A DNA stretch of 64,000 nt from a virus. Below are positions 27,039 through 37,208 of this stretch, piece after piece; positions within the stretch are counted from its first letter, which is position 1, and every line of letters begins with the position of its first letter. The notes under the pieces are model-generated. The model ran no database searches. It was not told the origin of the DNA and worked only from the letters and a program-made list of their open reading frames with translations. The translations under genes were made by a program, and so were the position numbers. The stretch is taken from IMG/VR virus record IMGVR_UViG_3300037502_004185, positions 1 through 64,000 of that record. One strand, written 5' to 3'.

Positions 27039-27539
27039 TTAATGTATTGGAGAAACTATAGGCTCATCGGCTTTACGCGCTTGTGAGCTCATCGAGTCGA
27101 GGATTATCGCTATCAACTCCATCGGTGACGGCGTATTGCCTACTTCTGGATGGTTAGCTCGAATCACAGCACTTTCCTCTTTTAGCACTTTGGCCAGTTT
27201 CTTATTGGCCAGCGTTGCCAAGGTGCTAGCGATGTACATCATGCGGTTATGCGCTTCCTCTCGGCTCTCACACGATCTCCATAGTGCTTTTGAGCATTCA
27301 TTGGAAAATGTCAGTAGGCGCACGTCCGACAACACCAAATCCAGAATGCGTTCGAATCCAGATAAGATCTCACTGCTACGGTCTTTTAGCTTCTCGCCAA
27401 GCGCAGTTCGAACCGCCTCACGTACACCTTTAAAATGGTCGTAGTAAAAACCCTGACCCAAACAAACTCGTTGGTTTGCGCTATCGAATGTAAATGCCAA
27501 TCCTTTCACGAATCGGGTTCCACAATGAAATTCAGTCAT
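27039..27539 (-). CDS. Hypothetical protein, paralogue of 28020-28607
   Basis: FYYDHFKGVRE vs YYFDHYRAVRD. Confidence 0.6.
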   Translation of the reverse strand: MTEFHCGTRFVKGLAFTFDSANQRVCLGQGFYYDHFKGVREAVRTALGEKLKDRSSEILSGFERILDLVLSDVRLLTFSNECSKALWRSCESREEAHNRMMYIASTLATLANKKLAKVLKEESAVIRANHPEVGNTPSPMELIAIILDSMSSQARKADEPIVSPIH

Positions 27540-28020
27540 CTTTCTGCTCGCTCTTGAAAAATACGTGTTTGTACTCTGGTTTGATTGGTTGTAAGCCCTC
27601 TACAGACTCCACTCGATCGCACTCTCGGAAGAACGACAAGATTGGACAGTACGTCGAATTGATACCGCTCGTTATCTTGCATACTTCTTGGAACACTAGG
27701 GCGTTCTCATACTGCTCTGTTGAGTAAGCCGTGAAGAACATCGGATTGACCACCAGCGAGCCGCTAGAATCGGTTTGTGCCGCAGAACTGTTAGCAACAA
27801 TCATTGGTACGGTCATCATTAAAGCAGCGTTCGCCGCCGTGCTTGTGGTGCTGGTGGATGTTTTAGTTGGCGTAGCGCTGCGAACTGGTGTTACCGGACG
27901 AACGGGCGTAGGAGCAACACGAACTGGCATAGGGGCAACTCGAACAGGGGTTACTACTGGCGCTGAATGCGCTTGAAAAGCGGCCAGCAAGGCCGCCGCT
28001 AATGTGACTTTCTTAAGCAT
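27532..28020 (-). CDS. Exported protein with TPVR/PVR repeats
   Basis: Signal peptide ending AHS-A; Pro-rich repeats. Confidence 0.6.
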   Translation of the reverse strand: MLKKVTLAAALLAAFQAHSAPVVTPVRVAPMPVRVAPTPVRPVTPVRSATPTKTSTSTTSTAANAALMMTVPMIVANSSAAQTDSSGSLVVNPMFFTAYSTEQYENALVFQEVCKITSGINSTYCPILSFFRECDRVESVEGLQPIKPEYKHVFFKSEQKDD

Positions 28021-28607
28021 TAGTGAATTGTCTCCCCATTAATTTCAACTCGCTTAACGTTCGCTACCTCAAATGATTCACCTGCATCGGTTTCAACTCT
28101 CAGTGCGGTTAGCACGTCCATCACAATTTCAATAAGCTGCTTAGTATTTTCTGACGTACCACCAAGGCGCTCATCTACAGCGCTGACACTGTTTTTAAGG
28201 TTCTCAACTAGGAAGTCACAAGCCTGTTGAGAAAGGCTGGCTAATGCTAATGGCAAGTGTTTTTCCGGCGTGAAATCATCCTCACCCTCGTAGATATATT
28301 CCAGATTGTCAGCCGCTCCCATAGACATTTGAAACAGCTTGTCATCCATCAGTAGAGATTCAGCAATCTTGGTAGCGACTCCAATAACTACTTGAGGCGG
28401 TACTGCATCTTCGTCGTTCTCGTCGTACTCGTAGGATTTATCAACGTGCATTGGTATAGCTTGAAGAACCGTGTCACGAACTGCGCGGTAATGGTCGAAG
28501 TAGTACGGAGCCATCAAGATAACGCCGCCCGTTTCTGGATTAAAACCAACCATCATGTTGTTCAGCTTGCATTCGGTTTCAATTCTGTTTGGAGTATTCA
28601 TGCCCAT
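28020..28607 (-). CDS. Hypothetical acidic protein, paralogue of 27039-27539
   Basis: Shared motifs with 27039-27539. Confidence 0.6.
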   Translation of the reverse strand: MGMNTPNRIETECKLNNMMVGFNPETGGVILMAPYYFDHYRAVRDTVLQAIPMHVDKSYEYDENDEDAVPPQVVIGVATKIAESLLMDDKLFQMSMGAADNLEYIYEGEDDFTPEKHLPLALASLSQQACDFLVENLKNSVSAVDERLGGTSENTKQLIEIVMDVLTALRVETDAGESFEVANVKRVEINGETIH

Positions 28608-28688
28608 GCCTCTCGGTTTCTGGCTTAAACAAATTTATTAGGGGTAGGAAAAGCAAGGGAGCGTATCCCTTGCGGGTTTAAATTCTTC

Positions 28689-28886
28689 TCAGTATTTGTG
28701 GCTTTGATGTGCCAAGTGTGGGTATTCCTTTTCCAGCATGTACCCTTTGCTGCATTTCTCGCATCGATGCGCAAGCTCATTACCGACGCGCACTTTGCCT
28801 AATCGAACGACATTGCCTTTACACTGCTCGTCATCGCATTGGTACGTCACTAGCACTGCTGAAAATGGCTTGTATGTTTCGCTCAC
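28689..28886 (-). CDS. Small zinc-ribbon protein
   Basis: C....C...HRCEKC. Confidence 0.55.
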   Translation of the reverse strand: MSETYKPFSAVLVTYQCDDEQCKGNVVRLGKVRVGNELAHRCEKCSKGYMLEKEYPHLAHQSHKY

Positions 28887-30286
28887 TTACGCTTACCTCG
28901 TTTCTGATTACGTTTAGGCTTGCTTGGTTTCTTTGGTGTGTCTGGAATACGGCCACCAGCGGAATGCAGCGCGTACTCTGTGTTGAATCGTTTGTTGATG
29001 CGCTTAATTAGGCTTACGCTGCGTGGCGCGAGCTCTTTCGCACGTTCAATGTGTGTTAGCGCTCGGTTTAGCTCATGTTGAGGTACGTAGTCACTTAAGC
29101 GCTGCGCAATCTCTACTAAGTTCACTTGAGTACACCAATCCAAATCGAGGACTTTGGCCACACTCACGACTTTCTTTGTGCGCTTAACCGCACGATCTAA
29201 AGCTCGCTCAATTTGGTCTACTGGTACTTGCTTAGCGGCCTCGGTAAATTCTTCCCAATACTCTTGTGGAAGTAGGCACGATTCGTGTAGCAGCTTAGAC
29301 ATACATAGGGAGCCATCTTCACCAATGTAAGCCGTGTGGCCAGCTCCGGTATGCGTGTTCATTAGGTAAATCAGACCAAAACGCTGATCGGGTTTACCTA
29401 GACCCTCTTGAGGCTGAATCGCTGTCGCCTTGCAAAGCATGTAGGCTTGCCAATTACCGCCTTTCCAAACGGATTTAAGATCGTGGTATTGAACCGCTTC
29501 ACCTAGATATAGGTTGTCGTTGCGTAGTTCTTCGTTTTCGTGAGCAATGATCGCTGCGTAGGCCAACACCTCATCAATGTTGTGCATCACGTAGTGATAG
29601 TTCTCGTCAGCGTTCTTCAACCCCTCGCTCATGCTGTTGATTTGCTCAGTTTGAGTCGCCACCAGCTCACTTAGCATTTCGATGTGTTCTTTGCTCTTGG
29701 TGAGCTCTGATTCAGTGGCCTTGTATGCCTCATCCAGTGTCGCGTTCTTAGCGGCGGTTGCTTTGCGTTTGTCCTCGGCAATGCGTAGTTGCTCTTGAAC
29801 ACTCTCAAGTTGCTGATTAAGCGATTCCAGTTCACCAGATGATGCCACTTGGTTAGCCAATGCAGCGGCTACCTTGTTCTCCACCAGCTTAGGAATGCCG
29901 TCCAGTTCTTGTTGAGCGTGACGCAACTCAGTGGTAAGGCGTTTGATCTCAGCTTCTAGGCGTTGGTTGTCCTTACCTAGACGCTCGTTTTCTTCGCGTA
30001 GCTCGGTTGCAATCTGCTCGGCCTCGTTACGCTTTTTACGCATAACCTCAGTGCCAGCCATTGCGCGGTCACGCGCTGCAAGGATTTCGGTACGTTCATC
30101 AAGCATTGCCTGATATTTTTGCTTTAGCGCCTCGTCGGCCTTGGCCGTGCGTTGGGATAGTTTGAATTGCAAGTCATCAATGATGTGCTGCATCAAACCA
30201 ACAAGCGGGATCTCAAATTCTTTGATTTCAATTGGCGAATTTTCAGGAAGTCCCCAAGGAAGCTCTACAGTAAAAACATCGCTCAT
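28883..30286 (-). CDS. Long coiled-coil protein
   Basis: Heptad-rich N-terminal half. Confidence 0.7.
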   Translation of the reverse strand: MSDVFTVELPWGLPENSPIEIKEFEIPLVGLMQHIIDDLQFKLSQRTAKADEALKQKYQAMLDERTEILAARDRAMAGTEVMRKKRNEAEQIATELREENERLGKDNQRLEAEIKRLTTELRHAQQELDGIPKLVENKVAAALANQVASSGELESLNQQLESVQEQLRIAEDKRKATAAKNATLDEAYKATESELTKSKEHIEMLSELVATQTEQINSMSEGLKNADENYHYVMHNIDEVLAYAAIIAHENEELRNDNLYLGEAVQYHDLKSVWKGGNWQAYMLCKATAIQPQEGLGKPDQRFGLIYLMNTHTGAGHTAYIGEDGSLCMSKLLHESCLLPQEYWEEFTEAAKQVPVDQIERALDRAVKRTKKVVSVAKVLDLDWCTQVNLVEIAQRLSDYVPQHELNRALTHIERAKELAPRSVSLIKRINKRFNTEYALHSAGGRIPDTPKKPSKPKRNQKRGKRK

Positions 30287-30341
30287 CGGAAAATTTCTCT
30301 ACTACTCAAAAATTGGGATAAGGGAATAGGGTTAAAGTGTT

Positions 30342-30641
30342 TTATTCTTGGTTAGCAAAGCGCTCTAGGCGTTCTTCTAAGTCATCCAGCCAAACCAGTA
30401 TTTCGCTACCTTTGTGAACGTAGTCGAGGTCGCTGTCTTGGATTAGTTCGGCCACATGACGCGAACACCCGTTTACTTCTGCCGCGATCGCACGGTTACT
30501 GAAATAAAAAGCACTTGGTGTGTCAGTAAAATCCGTTTCGCCTGTCGCCTCGCGCATTTCCATAAGCGCTTTAATGGTCATTCGACGCAATACAATCAGT
30601 AAGTCGTCTTGAGTTGCTAACGCTAAATTTTGTTTACTCAT
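30342..30641 (-). CDS. Hypothetical protein
   Basis: ORF in operon. Confidence 0.55.
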   Translation of the reverse strand: MSKQNLALATQDDLLIVLRRMTIKALMEMREATGETDFTDTPSAFYFSNRAIAAEVNGCSRHVAELIQDSDLDYVHKGSEILVWLDDLEERLERFANQE

Positions 30642-30644
30642 CGT

Positions 30645-31184
30645 TTAAGCCGCCACGTAACTCAGCATCTTGTAATGACGGAACTCGTTCTGGAACGGTA
30701 TTTCATCGTCAAAGTCCATTGGTGGCTCGCCGTATTGCTGTTGAGATTGATCCCAACCACCCTGTTGCTGTGGTGAATTCTGTGGTTGTTGAGGTTGACC
30801 CCAACCGCCTTGTTGTTGCTGGCCACCAGCGCGGTTATTGCCAAGCATTTGCATCACGCCATTAAAGCCTTGAACTACTACCTCTGTGCTGTAACGGTCT
30901 TGGCCTTGCTGGTCTTTCCATTTGCGAGTCTGCAATTGACCCTCGATGTAAACTTGTGACCCTTTGCGTAGGAACTCCCCCGCCACTTCGGCCAACTTGC
31001 CGAACAACACCACTCGATGCCACTCGGTTTTTTCTCGGTTCTCGCCTGACGCTTTATCGCGCCAAGTTTCGGATGTAGCGACCGTGATATTCGCTACTGC
31101 GCCGCCATTTGGTAGGTATCGGATTTCGGGATCTGACCCCAAGTTACCAACCAGAATGACCTTGTTAATGCCTCTTGAAGCCAT
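30645..31184 (-). CDS. ssb: Single-stranded DNA-binding protein
   Basis: [16 protein letters not shown]...DFDDEIPF followed by a 15-aa extension. Confidence 0.97.
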   Translation of the reverse strand: MASRGINKVILVGNLGSDPEIRYLPNGGAVANITVATSETWRDKASGENREKTEWHRVVLFGKLAEVAGEFLRKGSQVYIEGQLQTRKWKDQQGQDRYSTEVVVQGFNGVMQMLGNNRAGGQQQQGGWGQPQQPQNSPQQQGGWDQSQQQYGEPPMDFDDEIPFQNEFRHYKMLSYVAA

Positions 31185-31187
31185 TCG

Positions 31188-31490
31188 TTATTCTCCGGTA
31201 TCTCTCTTTACCGCTTCGTCTCTGTTAGAAATCGCATCACCAAAGAACAAATAACCCACGTCTGTACTTGTGTAGACCGCTATCAGTTCTAGGTTTTGCA
31301 CCCTTGGGTTCACCTCGCCATTCTCGATTTTTCGATAAGTGTCTGGTGATAACCCGATTAACCTGCTCATTTCGAGTATGGTTAAATCTGCATGCCGTCT
31401 CGCTCGCTTGATTCGCGCTGCACGTTGCTGTCGATACTCAAGCGATTGGATTCGAGCGGCCTGTTTAGTCTTTGCGTCTCGCATTTTCAT
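31188..31490 (-). CDS. XRE-family HTH regulator
   Basis: RIKRARR..DLT..EM...IG.S...Y.KIENG...P. Confidence 0.85.
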   Translation of the reverse strand: MKMRDAKTKQAARIQSLEYRQQRAARIKRARRHADLTILEMSRLIGLSPDTYRKIENGEVNPRVQNLELIAVYTSTDVGYLFFGDAISNRDEAVKRDTGE

Positions 31491-31896
31491 AGAAGCTCTC
31501 CACTTCACTTGCTAGTCGTTCTTCCTCGGTTGTAGTCGCCTTAATCAATGCAACGCGATATTCATGTAACCGATTCTTTGACCAATCGAGGCAGAGCTTT
31601 TGCCACTTGATAACGGCAACCGGATCGGAAAGGTCGTAACCAGTCCCAAAACAGCTACAGCACTCCCACTTGCTAAATAACGACTTGGTGTAACCTGTGC
31701 CATTGCAAGTCGGGCAGCGATCCGGTTTGTCGTCCAATGTCACATCGGCATCTTGTAACCGCTTCGCCAGAGCTTCGCGTTCGTCCGTAAGCTCTATGCC
31801 CTCGAATGTATCCAGGATTGATGGTGAGCTTTCGTCTCGCTCTCTTTGCCGTTGTTCCAGTTGAGATCGCTTAATTTCAGAAATTTCCTCACTCAT
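31465..31896 (-). CDS. DnaJ-type zinc-finger protein
   Basis: CPTCNGTG and CCSCFGTG; operator at its RBS (31902). Confidence 0.7.
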   Translation of the reverse strand: MSEEISEIKRSQLEQRQRERDESSPSILDTFEGIELTDEREALAKRLQDADVTLDDKPDRCPTCNGTGYTKSLFSKWECCSCFGTGYDLSDPVAVIKWQKLCLDWSKNRLHEYRVALIKATTTEEERLASEVESFYENARRKD

Positions 31897-32035
31897 CTTT
31901 CATTCCGAACACATAAATTTTATGCGGAGTATAAACCCACTTAAAAAACAATGCAAAAAGTATTGATACAAAAACCAAAACGATGTATTTTTGTCTCAGC
32001 AAACAGGCAAACAGACTCATATGAGGAATCAGCAA

Positions 32036-32269
32036 ATGTCAGAGAACAACAGCAAAAAAGTTCACGACCAAATCCAAGCAGACGTTAAAGAGTACATGAC
32101 CAACACCTCGAACAGCGTCTTAGACTTCGCTTTGGCCAATGCAATTAAGAGCGGTCAGAACAACCTATATGACTTGTGTAAAAAGTGGAAAATCCCTGTA
32201 GACAAGCTACTTAGCAAGATAAACACTTCTCTTTTCAAAGTGGATGATGATAAAATCCACCTCGCATAG
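32036..32269 (+). CDS. Hypothetical protein
   Basis: SD and downstream terminator. Confidence 0.5.
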   Translation: MSENNSKKVHDQIQADVKEYMTNTSNSVLDFALANAIKSGQNNLYDLCKKWKIPVDKLLSKINTSLFKVDDDKIHLA

Positions 32270-32421
32270 ACGGATACGTTTAGCTATCGGGATAAGAGTA
32301 ATGGAAAGCTTCGGGGAAACTCGAAGCTTTTTTTTCGTTTCAATACTTAATCCGAACGTTCAAGAATTTAAGGCATAAAAAAAGCGCCCACTCATAGAGC
32401 AAGCGCTTACCATTCGGAATC

Positions 32422-32490
32422 CTACCAAAACACCAGCAGCAACAAAATGACAATACAAAAACACACAAATGCAAACACTAACTGTCGCAT
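32422..32490 (-). CDS. 22-aa hydrophobic peptide, type I toxin-like
   Basis: MRQLVFAFVCFCIVILLLLVFW; RBS in a hairpin; terminator at about 32376-32408. Confidence 0.55.
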   Translation of the reverse strand: MRQLVFAFVCFCIVILLLLVFW

Positions 32491-33395
32491 TTAATCCACT
32501 CAAAATATCGGTGGAAGGTAAGTCACTTAAAATTAACCAAATAATCTATATATTTAATACATAGCAAATTTATACAGATCAAAGATCAAACTGGATGTTA
32601 TACATGGCCGATTTAAGTTAATGTCGATTTTTGATTATTAGGTTTTCAGTTCGCTTGGGGTGCAAATTTGGCAAGTGTATAGTGAAAAACAAACGCCTTA
32701 TGTGATACCGGATCGTTTAGCGTCTTATCACCGTCAAATAGTTGTGTTTAATACTGCCAACACTTAGGCTAATTGGAAATTAGTGGGCAAAAACTAGCCA
32801 AAATGATAGGAAGCTTAACCACTTAAGTTGTACGGGGAAGCATTTTTGTTTTTAACAGGATAAGATGAGTTAACAGCAATATATTGAATGCGCTAACCCA
32901 TCTGCTGGAAGCGGCAACTTTCTTTTGAGGTTGGCATCAAGCAGAAAGGGAAAATGAACATGAATTATTGGATAAAAATCTTGCTCATATCCCGATTCAT
33001 GTAGAGAAATGAATATTTTTCAAAGCGTTTCTTTATGAGAGGGGAATTATCTGATAACAATGGGACATAAGGACTTGGGAGCTTTCATGCGCCTAAACCT
33101 GAAACAGAAAGGCAACTCGTTTGGGCGTTTGCAAAATTAGCAAAAAGTCTGGAATACTAGGCACAGCAAGACTTGGAACAAAACGTTCCCTAATAACCTT
33201 GATTGTGTGAAGAATATAAAAAAAGGCTGGATTCGAAGAACCCAACCTTTAATTAATTAGGAGGTAATTATGTAATCACCAACCAAGCTCGAAGCAGCTA
33301 GAAAGCTTCACTTCGTGTATGCGGGTAAACGATGGCGGCCACCATCAAAAACCCTTGTGCGTTGTCTTTCACCATGAGTCTTATTAGAGGAACAA

Positions 33396-33470
33396 ATGGT
33401 AAATTTAATTGAACTGATTATAGCAATAATCAATCTCGTCGCCGTTATAGTGCAAGCACTATTCGGTTAA
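33396..33470 (+). CDS. 24-aa hydrophobic peptide, DinQ-like type I toxin candidate
   Basis: MVNLIELIIAIINLVAVIVQALFG; AGAGG SD; 3' hairpin. Confidence 0.6.
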   Translation: MVNLIELIIAIINLVAVIVQALFG

Positions 33471-33689
33471 CCAACGCTGCTCTAGAAGTACATTGTTGCT
33501 TCTAGAGCACACTTACAACTATCCAATAATTAATATTTCCTGTCAATTCGTGTTTTTGTAAAGGACTCACACAAATGCGGTCGCTATTCGTTGTAGCATG
33601 CCGTTGTCTATAGCTAGGATCATTAACTCATCCAAACAACAAAAACTTGTTGTGTATGTGGGAAACTGTGTAAATCTTTGATTTTCCAG

Positions 33690-34135
33690 TTATCCACATA
33701 CGCTATAAAGATCTATATTTAACTATATCAATCTATGAGAACTATAGAACTATAAGATCTATAGCAACCGTAACGTATTGATTTTAATTGATTTTAACTC
33801 GTTTAAAGATCTTTTTTTAGGTCTTTAAGTAACAAGATCTAGGTTTAATTGATCATTTATTAGGTGTTTGTGATCTTCTTACAGGCTTTAGTGCTACATA
33901 ATCTAGGTGAAAGTGATCATATATCAGGTGATTGGATAACAGATTTTAGGTGTTTCTGTTCTTAAATGACATATTTTAGGTGTGTGAGATGGTTGTATAG
34001 GAGTCTTGTCCGGTTTTTTCTACTTTCGAGTCAATGATCACGTCGAATTCCCTCCCATATACCTAAAATGTGTCACATAGCTCATTTCAACCTAGAAAAT
34101 GTCATCTATCGAGCCCATGACCTAAAACTTGTTAG
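33690..34135. other. Plasmid replication origin (DnaA box, AT-rich repeats, GATC-rich iterons)
   Basis: TTATCCACA at 33690; CTATA repeats; about 10 TAGGT-core repeats; two more upstream of rep at about 35240-35270. Confidence 0.7.
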
Positions 34136-34138
34136 CTA

Positions 34139-35227
34139 TCAGTAATCGTGTGTATCGGTTAGTTCTGAAAGGGTATCTATCTTTTCCATTAACGACTCTA
34201 ATTCATGCATTCCATCATCATGCTTTTGTTGCTCTTTTTCTAAGTGTCGCTTTGACAAGCTAGCTTCAACTTTAAGAGCGTGGTCTTCTTTACCCACATA
34301 GCGGTACGCGATGGCAAGTGATTCTAGTTCAGACTCGGTGAGTCTGACTTGGTTTTGAAGCCTTTTCAATTCAAGTTGTCGAATTGTCTTAAGAGCATCG
34401 TGTTGATTTAGTTCATCAATTGAACCTAGTTTAACCCACCGGAAGAGAAACTTGATTCCAGTAATGGTTCTACCTTTCTTTACAACCTCAAAACCCTTAT
34501 CACCTTGGCTGCTTTCTAAAAATAGAAGCTCTTTGCTAATCTGAGGGTGTTCAGAAAGTTCTTTAATGCTTTCCCTGATACAACGTTTCATAAATACGCT
34601 GTTGTTTTTGAAGGAACTTTTATCTTTTTTCAGCTTCCCTGATTCGTCCAAAAGCCCAAATATTCCTTTCAGTTCACTAAGCTTTTGCGCATGCATTTCA
34701 AAGCCCTTGTCTTTGAAGCGACTAAGCAGTTCGTACAAGCGCTTGGAATACTCCTTTTTCACCTCAAAGAAATTGCGAGTATTAATCAGAGCAAATCCTT
34801 GATTATATTCAATATACTCAGGTTTGAGCATATCGTTAGGAACCATCGTAAGTATGCCGTGTTTATAAGCGATATGTTTAAAAAGAGGTCTATAGTCGAA
34901 TTCAATATCACCTTTCGGGGTTTCCACCTTTATCCCGATTTTTCGACTAGCTAGGCGGTTCGCTACTGGACTTAAGTTGCTACCGATATGTTTAGACTCA
35001 ACACCTAACCACTCTGATAATTGATGTGAAGTAAACTCATAGTGTGGTGTTTTCTGTTCCCAATCACTTGGTTTCATATGTGCAATCATCAACGCAAACA
35101 TATCTGCTTCCCTAGCGGATAGATCTTGACGACTAAAGACCAGTTGATGGCCTTTTTTGATATGTTTCGGGAGGTTATCGCTTACCGCAGGGTAGAAATA
35201 TTCTTCATCACTCATGCAAATGCACAT
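34139..35227 (-). CDS. Rep_3-family plasmid replication initiator
   Basis: IKKGHQLV...LS..E, YSKRLYELL..F, F.K.CI..SI.EL, KKGRTITGIKF. Confidence 0.9.
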   Translation of the reverse strand: MCICMSDEEYFYPAVSDNLPKHIKKGHQLVFSRQDLSAREADMFALMIAHMKPSDWEQKTPHYEFTSHQLSEWLGVESKHIGSNLSPVANRLASRKIGIKVETPKGDIEFDYRPLFKHIAYKHGILTMVPNDMLKPEYIEYNQGFALINTRNFFEVKKEYSKRLYELLSRFKDKGFEMHAQKLSELKGIFGLLDESGKLKKDKSSFKNNSVFMKRCIRESIKELSEHPQISKELLFLESSQGDKGFEVVKKGRTITGIKFLFRWVKLGSIDELNQHDALKTIRQLELKRLQNQVRLTESELESLAIAYRYVGKEDHALKVEASLSKRHLEKEQQKHDDGMHELESLMEKIDTLSELTDTHDY

Positions 35228-35304
35228 CCATAAATAACAAGATTTAGGTAATTATGACACATTTTAGGTCACGCATGTATAGAAATACTCACATCAAGCA
35301 GTGA

Positions 35305-36222
35305 TTACAGATACCTGACTTGTACTCGCCCGACTGCGTCACGATAGTATTCAACTAAGCCTTGAGACTCTTTCTCGGAAATGGTGTTCATGTACTCTGC
35401 TAACATGGTGGCTGTATCACGAACCTTACTCACGCTAGCTTTCACGGCGCTTGCAGCCTTGTTGTGCCAGCTAGCAATCACAAACTTAAGGTATGACACG
35501 AACTTAGGCGCTAAAGGCTGTTGGTGCTTGTTGTACAGCTTGATAACACGACGAGCTCCACTAGCTGATAGGCGGCCTTGCTTAGCAGCTAGTTGAAGTT
35601 GTTTTACTTCGTCAGCGTCACGTTTGAAGATCTTCAAAAACCAAGAATCAGACGGGATACCGTTATTAATTTTATTTTTACTCTCTGTAGAGAGATCCTT
35701 TGTATTTATAGTGCAATTTTCGTTTTTGTCTGATTGCTCGCAAGCCTTGTCAGCACTGGCCTCAAGAGGTTTTTCCACAGAAGACCCCCCTAAATGCAAT
35801 TTTTGTCTATTACAAAACTTCTCTGCCGCTTGTAGAGCGTATTTGTAGACACCAGCGAACATGTTTTTGATGCCATCAACGCATAGAGTGATGTGACGTT
35901 GATTCTGACCTGTTTCACGGTTCTGGAACGATTTGCGGTCGATTAAGTGCAAATCAACTGCATCTGAAATGTAAGTATCAACAGTACGCTTTGTGATTGG
36001 CTGACAACCGTAACGGTGACAGTTCTCATTGTAGGTACGCATTAAGGTATCGCTTGATGCAAAGCAAGTGTGACCATGCTTAAGGATAAAGCTTGAGATA
36101 GTTTCTAGTAGGCAAGCAAGCTTACGTTGTGCCAATGGTTTATTGGCTTTGATATTGGAAGCTTGTGTTCTGAATCCTGACTTCCAGTAACGAGGATTCA
36201 GCAAAAGAGGTGTAATTTGCAT
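35305..36222 (-). CDS. wHTH replication initiator (second, possibly lytic, replicon)
   Basis: CFAS..TL...TV..YI...HLI.R wHTH plus a low-complexity linker. Confidence 0.55.
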   Translation of the reverse strand: MQITPLLLNPRYWKSGFRTQASNIKANKPLAQRKLACLLETISSFILKHGHTCFASSDTLMRTYNENCHRYGCQPITKRTVDTYISDAVDLHLIDRKSFQNRETGQNQRHITLCVDGIKNMFAGVYKYALQAAEKFCNRQKLHLGGSSVEKPLEASADKACEQSDKNENCTINTKDLSTESKNKINNGIPSDSWFLKIFKRDADEVKQLQLAAKQGRLSASGARRVIKLYNKHQQPLAPKFVSYLKFVIASWHNKAASAVKASVSKVRDTATMLAEYMNTISEKESQGLVEYYRDAVGRVQVRYL

Positions 36223-36286
36223 AAAATTCGCTCAAAAAAAGACGCAAAAATTTGCCACCGATCTCTTTGAACGTTATACTTACACC

Positions 36287-36522
36287 TGATTCAGTGTTGT
36301 GTAAGTAACGCTCGCTGAGATTGATGTTCTAAATCGCTCAAAAACATTCAATCTAAATGAGACTTCTTGGCTGCCAACCTCGTTGTCTCACCTGATTAGG
36401 CTTCGGTCTAATTCATTACGGCATAATGACTTTCCTTAAGTTCGTTTGTCGTGACGCTTTAAGTTTGCCGCTTAAAGCTCGATTTCAGTAAGAAAGCCCG
36501 CTCGCCAAAGCGGGCTTTTTTA
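36287..36522 (+). ncRNA. Counter-transcribed structured antisense RNA
   Basis: TTGCCA-17-TATACT; several hairpins; AAAGCCCGC terminator plus T6. Confidence 0.65.
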
Positions 36523-36748
36523 TTTTCTGTTGCCCGAAATCGAATCACTTTCTCTCTATCACGGCATCGCCATGATCTAATTACAGAAAAACTCCCCTAT
36601 TATTGATCGTAAATGGTTGATCAAACAAGTCCCTATATCAAAGTGATTCCGAACAAGGGGCGTTACCATCTAGCGCTAGAGTTTACCAAAAATTTTATCT
36701 ATTTAAACTCCTTTTGGACGTGTTAATATTCCGAACACACCAAATTTT

Positions 36749-37117
36749 GTGGATAACTCTGTGATGAAATTTACTCCCCCACCAAGTGCTGAACAGCAAT
36801 TAGAAACTCAAGTTAACCAATTAAAACAACAATTTAAGCGCCGACAATTCCCGAAAAAGAACGCACCAGCGCTACCGTTGGATTTGTTAGTAACAATCTC
36901 AGGTTGCACCTTTGGTTTGCATAGCCAAAAAGACGGTAGACTCGTTCTAAAGGCCGATAAGGCGATTAACTTTGATAAGGGTGTCAATGTGTTGCGCTCA
37001 GTGTCGTATATTGCTGGCGCGCGAGATAGCGTATCTATCGCTGGTTGGGACTGGCGACCAACGCACTTCAAGAAAGATAAACTCTATTTGCGTCCTGTCG
37101 CGCCTAGTGATTTATAA
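36749..37117 (+). CDS. Hypothetical protein
   Basis: Operators at 36646 and 36728 upstream. Confidence 0.55.
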   Translation: MDNSVMKFTPPPSAEQQLETQVNQLKQQFKRRQFPKKNAPALPLDLLVTISGCTFGLHSQKDGRLVLKADKAINFDKGVNVLRSVSYIAGARDSVSIAGWDWRPTHFKKDKLYLRPVAPSDL

Positions 37118-37208
37118 AATTCCGAATTGGCCACCAGCATTTTCGATTTATTTGAGTATTTTTTGTACTTAATTTCTAAGCGCTGGTGGCGCTTTTTAAT
37201 TGATCAAC

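Noticed and set aside
32270-33690. tRNA genes in the long non-coding region
   Set aside because: No cloverleaf or T-loop consensus recognised by eye; tRNAscan-SE would settle it.
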